Notes under the pieces: generated by a model
Seen by the model: only the letters and a program-made list of their open reading frames with translations
Databases searched by the model: none
What the model was told of the DNA's origin: nothing
Assembly: GCF_011386835.1 (NCBI RefSeq)
Contig: NC_088795.1
Span: 15,872,001 to 15,936,000, forward strand
Origin: Chrysemys picta bellii
Lineage: Eukaryota
DNA length: 64,000 nucleotides
Reading direction: 5' to 3'
Position numbers and translations under genes: made by a program
Shown here: piece after piece, positions 13,519 through 25,000 of the stretch
Layout of the letters: each line of letters begins with the position of its first letter
Numbering within the stretch: the first letter of the stretch is position 1

Positions 13519-16015
13519 GCTCATAGCATAGCCAGTGTGATTCCACAGAAGAGATGTTTCTTTGGCATGCCTGGCATCCAGTAACCTAATGTCTCATAGG
13601 TGTTAATTCTAGGATAGACTGAAGTTTCTAAGTAAATATTTTTCAATGTGTATTTGCCATACACGTTCTCGGAGCAATAATTCATTGTCATGCTATTTAA
13701 AAAATACTGTCCGTTTCAAGCCGCAACACACTGTCCAAAGGCGCTTGACAGCACTGCAGTAACTTTCTTGCACCTCTCATTTTAAAAGTTCAGGTACCAG
13801 AACATGTGGTTTCCGTCGCTGTGTGTATACATAGATACAGGAAAATCTGAGATTTTTATTGTTTTTTTTTTTAATGGTAACTGGCAACAGTTCTGCTCCT
13901 TTCCCAGGAGATTAATTGCTTAGCAGTATAGCAGGTGAGGTTGATTTGCACATTAGAAGAGCAAACTGTGGACGCATATGCTGGGAACAGATGCACCTAA
14001 TGCTGGGTACAGCCTTGTTTGGATTCATAACTAGAAGATTTATAAAGTACCATATAAGGAGCAGTTTGAGTTACAGTAGGCAACACATTATAGAATCTTC
14101 TACAGGAAGCTTTGCAAACAAAAGGCAGGAGGTAAAACAAATGAAAAGCAAAAAAGTTCCCTTTAGTGAAAATGTGGTGGTGGTGGTGGTGGTTAGTCTG
14201 GCATGGAAAAGCCTGTGGAGACAGAAGTATGGCGTACGTGACTAGGGTACTAGAATGAGAGCTGGGGTCAATTCCTACCTCAGATGCACTCTTTCTTTGT
14301 GACCTTGGACAAGTTGCTTAATTTAGGTCCTGTCTAAGATGGAGATAAAATTTCCCTCCTCCCCAAGGTGTTGCAAGGATAAAATCCACAAATGTCTGAG
14401 AGTCTCTTGCATACTACAGTGATGAGGGTATATCAATGGCACCCTGGCTCTCTACAGAGCATGGGGCATGTGCCGATGAGTTCTTTGACTACTCAGTCCG
14501 ATGCATGAGTAACAGTCCTGTCCACAGCGCGCACACCCACGCACTAGCAAGGCTCTGAATCCAAACAGCAGATTCTTTCCACCTCTGACACCAGTCTTCA
14601 CAAATCTTGATCCAGTCTGCCTCAATCCCTCGCTCAATCGACAAGCTGAGTCCACCAACCAGAGTGGCATTCTGCACTGCCTTCCCAGATTCTAAAGCAG
14701 TGGTTCTCAAACCCTTTTTTGTACTGGTGACCCCTTTCATATAGCAAGCCTCTGAGTGTGACCCCCCCTTATAACTTAAAAACACCTTTTAATATATTTA
14801 ACACCATTATAAATGCTGGAGGCAAAGCGGGGTTTGGGGTGGAGGCTGACAGCTCGTGACCCTCCCCCCCCCATGTAATAACCTCATAACTCCAGTTTGA
14901 GAACCCTGTTCTAAAGGATACTAAATCCATCTTTGGAAGCATCCTAATCTAGGCAGTGGTCTGCCTCTTTCTAGACCCTTCAAGCTTCCGAATACAGCAC
15001 ACTCTTCAGGATCCCATAATCCGGCATTCGCTTGACATGTCCAAGCCCCCTGCATCTCTTTTCTTACTAATCAACCATCCCATGAATGACATAGCAGCAT
15101 GATTTAACACTTCCACATTTGTCACCCTGTCTTGCTTGTGTAAAATTCTTCCAAGTTGGCATCTGATATGAAAACGGTTTAGTCTTCTGATATTTTGGCA
15201 TAAGTTGTTCATGTTTCTGAGCCACACAGAAGAGTGGATAAAACACATGTCTTCGGAATATGGATTTTCACTTGAGTTGACAACTTGCTGTTCCAGGCTG
15301 TCTTGCAAAAGACCCAAGTTTCTAGCTGCTCTGCCAATTGTACTAGTAAGCTCAGCATCAGGATCTACCTTGCTGGTTACAATAGAGCCAAGGTAGCAAA
15401 ACTGGTCAACGACCTCTAGACAAATACCATCTAAGATCTCTGGAACTGGTTCTGAAGAGCCTTGGTGCATGAGAACAGTCTTTGTCACACTTATTGCTAG
15501 CCCACAGATTTTGCATGAATCAGTAACTTCTCACTTAGTCATCCCAGTTAATGTTGTTTCATTGTTACATTGCTGATCAATTAGAGAACGTGCAATGCTC
15601 CCTTATAACATTTGTTTGGCAGCCGCCTGCTTTGTCTGCTGCTTGCAGGAAAAGCAGCCTGTTGCAGCTAGCTGGTGGGGGCTTGTAACCAGAGTGGCCC
15701 AGCAGCCCCCCTATCAGCTCCTCTAAGTTCCCTGTGCAGCAGCCGCCCAGCAGGCTATCAATTGCCAGCAGTTCAGCTGTCCCTCCCCCCACTGCCATGT
15801 GCTGCTCCTGCCCTCTGCCTTGGAGGTGCAGAGGGGGGAAAGGGATGCTGATGTCTCCCTGCTCCTGTACCCCATCTCCATAGAGCAGGGGGGGGACAAC
15901 TACAGGGCTCAGGACAGAGAGCTTGCTGGCAGCAGCTGCTGTCTCCACTTGCTGAACTACTTAAAAAGGCAGTGTACTTAGAGTGAGGTCAGCGTCCTTA
16001 AAGGGGCAATGCACA

Positions 16016-16053
<38 letters not shown>

Positions 16054-19000
16054 ATGCTGTCTCCCCTCCCTCCATTCATGCTGCCTTGTAAAGTGTGAGA
16101 TTACATTAACAACAATGTGCTAACCCTTGAGGGCTCAGCCGAGTGCTAGTTCATCATTTAGCAGTAAGGCATCCCCTGGGAAATATCCCTCCCTCTTCCA
16201 CCCTCTGACTCCACCTCAGCCAAACTTCACAATCATCATTGCTGTGTACAGTATTAAATTGTTTGAAAACTTATTGTGTGTGGCAAATAAAATTTCCCTG
16301 GAACCTTCCCCGCCCCCCCACTTACACTAATTCTTATGGGGAAATTGGATTTGCTTAACATCTTTTCACTTAAAGTAGCATTTTTCAGAAATGTAATCAC
16401 AATATTGAGCGAGGAGTTACTGTAATATGTTGTAAAGCATCAACATTCTGAGCCACAAATGTTGCATCATCTGCCAACAGATATTAATATTTACTTCTCC
16501 TTCCTGCCTCAATATGTGTTCTGTGATAGGCATCTTCTTGAACATCTTAGCACCAGAGATGATGATTTGCTTAACAGTGCAAGGTTCAGAGCTAAGACAA
16601 AGCTGAAGGAGATCATCTTAAGGGACCTGTTTGCAGATGATGCAGCCCTTGCGGCTCAGTGTTGAGGGCATATAAGTACTTAAATAATTAGGGAATTATG
16701 AAGATTATTAATGGAGTAAAAATGTCAAATCTCCCCTTAGTTCTCAAACACTGCTCCCAGGTTGGCAAACGTATTGTTTTTAATTGTAACCTGTGGTGTG
16801 GTGGTGGTGGTGGATGATCACTTGTTACAGAGTATGATCCTCTTCCATGGGAGTTATGAGTCCTCAGGTGGCAAGGACAACTCTTGAACCACAAGTTCTA
16901 TTACAATGAAGGCAGATGTTTTCAGGCTCAGCAGGAGGTGTTGACCATGACTGGAAGCCAGTCTCTCCTTCCTCCTGTGCTTCTTGTCCTTGTCGGCGAG
17001 CAAATTCAAAATGCAGGGGACCATCACGTAGGACTTCACTCCATTTTACCGATCCTGGGCAAGTGTCTCCCAAGTGTCAATGTCAATATTACTTTTTTAG
17101 ATTGTCCTTCAGCAAGTTCTTATAATGCTTCTGTTGTCCACCCACGTTACGGTGCCGTTCTTTCAGCTGAGAGAACAGGACCTGTTTTGGGAGGCGATGG
17201 TCTGGCATGCCAACAACATGACCAGTCCAGCAGAATTGCTGAAGGATGATGGTTGCCTTTATACTGGTGGTCTTTGCCTCTTCCAGAACACTAATGTTGG
17301 TGCACCTGTCTTCCTATTTGATCTTCAGAATCTTACGAAGGCAACGCTGATGATACCTCTTGGACTTTCAAGTGGTGTCTCTAGGTTGTCCAAGTTTCAG
17401 ACCCATACAAGAGTGTTGGAAGAATAATAGCTTGATAAACAAGAAGCTTGGTGTCTGTTCGAGTGTTGTGATCTTCAAGAAAAAGCTACACTGGCACAGC
17501 TCAGGCGATGTTGAATTTCTGCATCAATATCTGCCTTGGATGAAAAATTACTTCCAAGGTCGACATTCTCCAGTGCCACTCCATTGATTTTGATAGATGG
17601 GACATGCAATACCTTATTTGGAGAGGGCTGATAGAGCACTTCAGTCTTCTTGATATTAAGAGTGAAACCAAGACCTGCATAAGCACTGTCAAACACATTC
17701 AAGATAGTTGAAGGTCTTTCTGAGTGGGCCAAGATTGCGTTGTCATCAGCAGACTGAAGTTCCACAATAGATGTTGTGGAGATCTTACTCGTGGCTTTCA
17801 GCCTGCTAAGCCTGAACAGCTTTCCGTCCATTCTATAAACTACTTCAATGCCGGCTGTAAACTTCCCAGCAATTAGGTAAAGACTAACAGCAATAAAAAG
17901 CGCAAAAATGGTTGGAGCAATGATACAGCCCTGTTTGACTCCTGTTTGTACTTTGAAAGGTTCACTCTGGGAGCCAGTGCTGCTCAGAACAGTCACTTTC
18001 ATGTTATGAAGCAATTTTAGAACACTGATGTATTTATCAGGACATCCAATCTTAGAAAGTACAATCCAGAGGGCACGGTGATTCACTGAATCAAAGGCTT
18101 TAGTTAAATCAATAGAAGCCATGTAGAGTGGTCGGTTTTGCTCCTGATGCTTTTCTTGCAGCTGCCGTGCTGTGAAGATCATATCCGCAGCTCCATAACT
18201 TGGTCAGAAACCACTGTGACTCCAGTAAAATTTCTTCTGATGGGGCAGAAGGCTGGTTGCAAGGATCCACGCCAGAACTTTGCCTGCAACGGCTCGGTGG
18301 GAGATACCACAATAATTTCCACAATCCACTTTATCCCCTTTCTTGAAGAGGGTGACAATAGGGCATCTCATTTTCCTGAGTGTTAAGGAGATCTTCAAAA
18401 TGTTCTTTCCAGCAAGAATTGATGGCTTTGTTGTCCTTCAAAGTGTGGTTCCATCCTTGGAGCGCAGAGGATTCATGCCATGGCAAATTGGCCCATAAAT
18501 AGCCTTGGTGGCACTAAAGAAACCACACGTATTGTGGATATTCACAAGATGTTGGAGTTCTTGCGCTTTCTCAGTTCACCATTTTGTTCTGGAGTTCTCT
18601 GGTTTTACGTTGCACTTCTTCCCTCGCCTTGGCGTGCAACGCTGTTGTTACTACAACAGTTGCAACACTTGAATTTATAAATGACTCTGTAAACCCAGAA
18701 ATGGTAAATATTTTGTTTTGTTCTGTACCAAACTCAGGTTTGGGGGAAATGCTTTAAAACTCTTTAAGAAAAAGGACATGGTTGTAGCATTAACTCTGTT
18801 AGATGAGCAAGTAATAGTACAATAATGGAGCAGTTTCTTTTTACTTCTCAGAATTTTAATTTCTCTGTGGTATGTGCAGAACTCCTGTCATAGTTTCCAG
18901 GTGCTAGATATAGGTCCCTCTTCTTCCATCCAACATGGCAACAGCCACATCAGTATTATAGCCCCACCAGTCAGGAAGCAGGAGGTAAGAATGTCCATAA

Positions 19001-21979
19001 ATTTTACATTCACTGAGGAAAATCCAAGCAGTTGTACATCTGCTTTGAAGATGTAACAAGCACAGGGCAGCCTGCAAAGACCTTTGTTTCATCCAGTTAC
19101 CCCTGTTTTGAGCCCAATCATTTCTGTTTGACTGGATGCCTTAACTGGAGATGTGCTTTAGTCTTGATTTGAAGACCTCAAGAGATGGGGAATCCACCAC
19201 TTCCCTTAATAGTTTGTTTTAATGGTTAAAAACCCTCCCTGTTAGAAACTAATTTGAATTTGTCTGTCTGTCTAACTTCCAGCCATTGGTTCTTGTTATG
19301 CCTTTGTCCACTAGATTAAAGAGCCTGGTGTTTTCCTCCCATAAAGGTGCTTTTACACTGTAATTAAATCACCTGTCTTCATGTTGATAAACTAAACAGA
19401 TGGCTCTTTAAGTCTCCCACTGTGTAGAGCATTTGTATTCTGCCCTCAAGTCACTTTTTTAAGGCTTTTGCTTGCACCCCCTCCAATGTTTCAACGTCCT
19501 TTTTTAAAATGTGGACACCAGAACTGGACGTGCGATTTCAGTATTGGTCTCGCCAGTGCTGTAGATTACCGGGGGGGAGGGAGAGATCACTTTCCAACTC
19601 ACTATTTCCTTGTTTATACATCTAAGAATTTATACCCTTGTTGCCACAAGCTTCACACTGGAAGCTCAGGTTGAGTTGCTTGTCCATTATGACCCCTAAA
19701 TCCTTTTCAGAGTCACCACTTTCCAGGATACAATCCCCCATTCTGTAGGTATGGCCTGCATTCTTTGGTCCTAGATATGACCATGCATATGACTGTACTA
19801 AGGAGAAGAGACTGGATTGTGGGGCTAAACTGTCAGTGGACTGATGGATCTTGCCTAGTACTATAACATTGATACGTCAGAGTTGTTGCTGGGTAGGCTA
19901 GGATGATAAGGCTACAACAAATCCGTTACTGGTCAGTGATCTTCCCTTGTCATGCAGATGCCTTTGCTAATCTTACCTTTTGGGTTTTTTTGTTTTTTAA
20001 ATTACAGAATTCAATTAAATTTGATTATTTTTCTTTTTAGTATATAAGACGAGTCTTGGAGATGACCTCAGTTCTGACACCTCTGGTGACTTCAGAAAAG
20101 CCCTATTAACTCTAGCAGATGTAAGTTCCGTCAACTGACAATCAACATCATTACTGTACAGAAATGATATTTAGATCTTGAAATTGTAAATATCAGCAGT
20201 CATAGTGAATCCTCTGACAACTGATACAGTACTTCTAGGGTGTGCATAGCTTTGCTTATTTAAACTTAAGGTAAGCGAGTGGCATGGTAGGTTAGAGTAC
20301 TGATATTTCCCCTCTAGAGATTGAAGTCCCTATCTGGACTTGTCGGTTGAGATGGATTTGGTCTCCTCTTATCCTTGTCTACTTTTATACCACTTGCAGC
20401 ACCATAGTTTTATCACAAGTAACCATAACTGGCATTCTCTTCTTGGACTCTTTGTACTATAGCAATTGGGATGTTACAGATCAGGATTGAGGAGTTACAC
20501 GTTGAAGCCAATGCGCAATTCATGCTGTGGCTTGGCTATGGCTTTGCTGTTGCATGATCGATTCAGGAGTACTAAATCCAAAGTTTGACGGGTCAGGCTC
20601 TGTCCTATTCCCATAAGAAGCAGAATGATGCAGTTTCTCTCATTCATCCTATTGGACCCCAGCATTGTTGAACATAATGAGGGGGAGTCACCACTCCAGG
20701 CTTGATCAGGTAAAGAGGAGAAATAGCAGGAGTGGTGGCTTTGGCCTTAGACCACACGTGGAGGCCCCAAATGCTCATACTCAGCCTTCCCCCCGCAATG
20801 CTATTAATGACCTTGTCAGACAAATTTGGGGTGTAAAAGGATGCTGGCAAGAGCCATCACAATCTAAAATAATTATTCTTGGGTGGGTGACTGGGAGAAG
20901 GTGTCTGTATTTGAGACTTTCAAATTCTGCACCTTTATGGGCTTTAAACTTCATTTCTCCTTATTGCAGGGCAGAAGAGATGAAAATGTAAAAGTGGATG
21001 AACATCTTGCAAAGAAGGACGCACAGGTACAGCAAAGCAAACCAATGGCTGAACCAAGCTGCATTTGGCATGTAGATATAAAGTGTTCCCTATTGCAATA
21101 CAAAATTAGCTGCTAATCGGCATCTTACAGGGATGGATCATACCCAAGAAATTCAGAGCTTTGAACACCCCAAAGTTGAAATGGAGTGGGCAGGGAGATC
21201 ATGAGATTAGGCTTTTCCCCCTACTCCTTCCTATAACTGGCATTAGTTTTCTATATATAATCCAGTCTAGAGTACCCAGTTTCCCAATTTCTAACAATGC
21301 ATTGTTAAACTGCTATAGTCACCTTTTGAAGTGTAAGTATTGCCATTTTACCTGTGGTGAGAGTGAACATGAACATGGGTTTCTTTGAGGGTTTTTTTTA
21401 AATGGCCTATGGGGAAAGTTTTTTCATTTTAGTTAACTTCCCATTAACAGGGTAGAACTTTGGATTGACCTTCTCCTTGTTGCCACCATGTGAGGTGCAG
21501 AATTTGGGCCCAGCAATCCTGGGCCAACACACACTGCAAGTGTGCTCAAACTTGCTTATTTAAACTCATGATGCACTCAAAACGTGCCTGGGGCTGGTAT
21601 GTGAGTGGTGCTGATGGGATCTATAAAACACCATCCCCAGTTTGGCCAGTGGGAGGATTATAGTGAAGCCTCTGTCTGAAGAAGACACCACAGCCACTGA
21701 TGCCCTTGAGTGTAATGGATGGCCAGGAAAGCTCCAAGGAACCCCCATTCCTGAATAAGACACGTTGTTTACGAAGTCCTATTTGTATTTGATGCATTGG
21801 AATTAACGCTAACATTCACTTTGTGATGAATTGCATCTTTTAGAAAGCAAATATTTCCATGCTGTCATATTCCTGGAAAAATCTTCTCATTTTGATGAGA
21901 CATTAAGGGAGTCATATTTTTCCACAGTATAAGATGGTCCAGTGTAGCTCAATAGACAGGCAAGTTCTGCTTTTTATGA

Positions 21980-22020
<41 letters not shown>

Positions 22021-25000
22021 AGTTCAATTTTCCAGGCTTGAGTTTCAGCAGCTCATGACAGCAACACTATGGCACTGCAATGAAGTCCATTGCATCGCCC
22101 AGGTTCAGAATCCTGTCTTCAGAAAACTTACTGAAAATGCAGAGACTAGTTTGCAGTGGCACGGCTCAACATTCTTCTTTTGAGGTCTAGTCTAGTGGCC
22201 ACAGTGATGTCCTTTCTTTCCTTGTAATAGGTTCTCTATAATGCTGGTGAGAAGAAGTGGGGTACAGATGAAGATAAGTTCACTGAAATTCTGTGCCTTA
22301 GGAGCATACCGCAACTGAAACGAAGTATGACATTGATTTTTGTACCATTTTGTGATATTTCTTATTAAATGATTTGTTTTCTATAGCCAAGCATTTGTAT
22401 GTGTAATTTGGATTGAGGTGCCACTCATTGTCCCACCATCACTTCCCTGGGTCCATCAGCTTTTGCTAAAGGTTGCAGAATAAAAACCTGAGTGTTTCTA
22501 GCTCTCATGGTTGTGAAGATGAGCAGTACTGTGTCCATTCACATATGGAAGGCTGCAATCTGAAACAATAGGTCTAAGATGCACGTATTGTCCTTGTTGA
22601 GTGTGCCACATATCAGCGTGTGTGTAGATTTTTGAAGTGGGCTCTTCCTGTGCAGTTTTACTCTAAGGTATTTTCATTCCCACTTTTGCAGGAGAAGAGA
22701 TGGAAAGTTTGATCTTAAACCCAGGCAGCAGGTGGTCTTTTACTTATCCCTGTCTCCAAAGACTGCGTGGATTGAATAGCGTGCTTTAAATGTAATTGTC
22801 TGCATGTACAAATGTCCTGCAGACTTGGGGACCAAGCAAGCCTCTGATAAGGAAGTAATTGTGTTTGCTATTTTGTGAATCACTGAATGCATCTTTGCCT
22901 TATGACTAATGGAATGTGCTGCATGAGACACCCTCTTTTCTTTATGGGGAAAAAAACAAAAACCCAGGGATCGTGAAAGCTTCAGTGGATAAAATTTGTC
23001 TCCACCCACTCAATATATCGGAGTGTCTTAATTTTATGATTATTAAAGCAAGACAATTGGGTAAATGGGCTAACTGAAGCAGGGTCTGACATGCTGCATT
23101 AAAGAACAGAGGCCAACTGCCTTTAGAGAGAAAGTGGTGAATGTTAAAATGATGGCACTTGAAGGTTGTTTATTCCTTAATATTTTTACATATATACCTT
23201 GATTGGCTTAGAATGATGGCACTGTTGCTCTCATCGTACGGTATGTGTTCATCAAAGGGCTGTTTCAAATAATATTGAAGGTAGTGGAAAGACTCCCATT
23301 AATTTCACTAAGGTTTGGATCAGACCCCAAATGGAGCCTGACACATGAGAACACTGAGTAATTTCCTTGTGATATATGTATCAACAAACTGTTTGGTTAT
23401 CTTTTTAGCATTTGATGAATACAGGAACCTCAGCAAGAAGACCATTGAAGAAAGTATACAGGGTGAAATGTCAGGGCATTTTGAGGATTTACTCTTAGCC
23501 ATTGGTAAGATTCTTGTGGGGGCGGGGGGGGAGAGGCATGGCTGAAAATAAGCTGTGCCTTTTTAAAAAAAAAAAAAAGTAGGATAGGTAAAATATTAGT
23601 CTGAATACCTTTGATTCACAGTGACTTTAATTCTTGCTTTTAGTGATAAGCAGTATCACTGCAGTAAGTATTGGTAACACTGACTTAGGTTTACAAAAAG
23701 AAGAGAGCTTGTTAGTTCTGTAGCATATGTTCAGCTGTGTTGGTGTTACAATTAGTACAGTGGTAGCATCTAGCAGCCCTAATCCTGCACTAGGACTGCT
23801 TTGTGCTAAGTCCTATAGACCAGCACCCCCTCCATCATTTATACTGACTCTAGGCAAGTGCCAAAAAACCCTCCACCATACTTAGGGATGGGTCACCAGA
23901 CTTCAGCCACCCATAGTGCTGAACCATTTCTGTAGCACTATGGGGTATTTTACTTTCAGGGCAGGCCTGAGGGTTGGATAAAGTCTTGTTGTTCTTAACA
24001 ATAGAAATGCTTTAATTAAATATCTATAGATTCACTCTTCATATAAGTGGGTGCATCTCTCATGGGAGTGAGTGTGTAAAATGTATGTAGTTTACCAGCC
24101 TGGGGCATCAGCAGGAAGAGAAGTATAAAGTGAATGCAGAATTGGCCAGATGCATATGTGTATATACCTGACTTGTGCATGCATGTCAGGCATTAACTGG
24201 TACAAGGCTGGTGCATACAATTGCATTTACAGTAACTCCTTGCTTAGCGATGTAGTTATGTTCCTGAAAAATGCAACTTTAAGCAAAACAATGTTAAGTG
24301 AATCCAGTTTCCCCATAAGAATGAATGTAAATGGCGGGGGTGGGCATGGTTAGGTTCCAGGGAAATTTTTTTCACCAGACAAGTCTGTCTTCTAAATGAT
24401 GAACTAGCACTTGGCTGAGCCCTCAAGGGTTAACGCATTGTTAATGCTGCCTCACACTCTACAAGGTAGCACAAATGGAGGGAGGCGAGAGAGCTCCCTC
24501 CATCCTGAGCCCTGTCATGTCCATCTCCCCCCCCCCCCCCCCACTGTATGGAGAAGGGGTGAGCGGGGGGAGGGAGACACCCTGACATTAGCACCCCTCT
24601 TCTCCCCCCCTCCTCCCCCGCCCCGCCCCAGCAAGCAGGAAGTTCCCAGGAGCAGCTCCAAGGTAGAGGGCAGGAGCAGCACATGGCAGTGGGGGGAGGG
24701 ACAGCTGAACTGCCTGGCAATTGATAGCCTGCTGGGCAGCTGCCACACAGGGAACGTAGGGGAGCAGGGAGCTGATATGGGGGGGGGTGACGGGGGGCTG
24801 CCAGTCCACCCACGAGCTAGCTCCAACAGGCTGCTCTTTCTGCAAGCAGTGGACAAAGCAGGCAGCTGCCAAACAAGGTTATAAGGGAGCATTGCACAAC
24901 TTTAAATGAGCATGTTCTCTAATTGATCAGCAACGTAATAACATTAACTGGGAGGACTTTAAGTGAGGAGTTACTGTACCTAGCTTTGAAAATCTGGCCA

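Larger units (their letters stand above)
14434..16662 (-). mobile_element. RTE-clade LINE (copy A), 5'-truncated with inverted 5' segment and interrupted by two DNA transposons
   Basis: Minus-strand 15520->14434 reads [19 protein letters not shown]...DQFCYLGS...[20 protein letters not shown]. Plus-strand 16425-16662 reads ...NIYFSFL...[28 protein letters not shown]. Flanking TSD tgagggtatat (14423-14433) / tgagggcatat (16663-16673). Confidence 0.85.

Noticed and set aside
17475-18182. 235-aa reverse-transcriptase-like ORF as a functional gene
   Set aside because: It is part of a 5'-truncated RTE LINE with frameshifts on both sides and a YADD-to-SADD change. Reported as a mobile element.
24411-24892. 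ORFs sharing '[15 protein letters not shown]' with 15577-15948
   Set aside because: The shared peptide reflects two copies of one non-autonomous Tigger, not a protein family.
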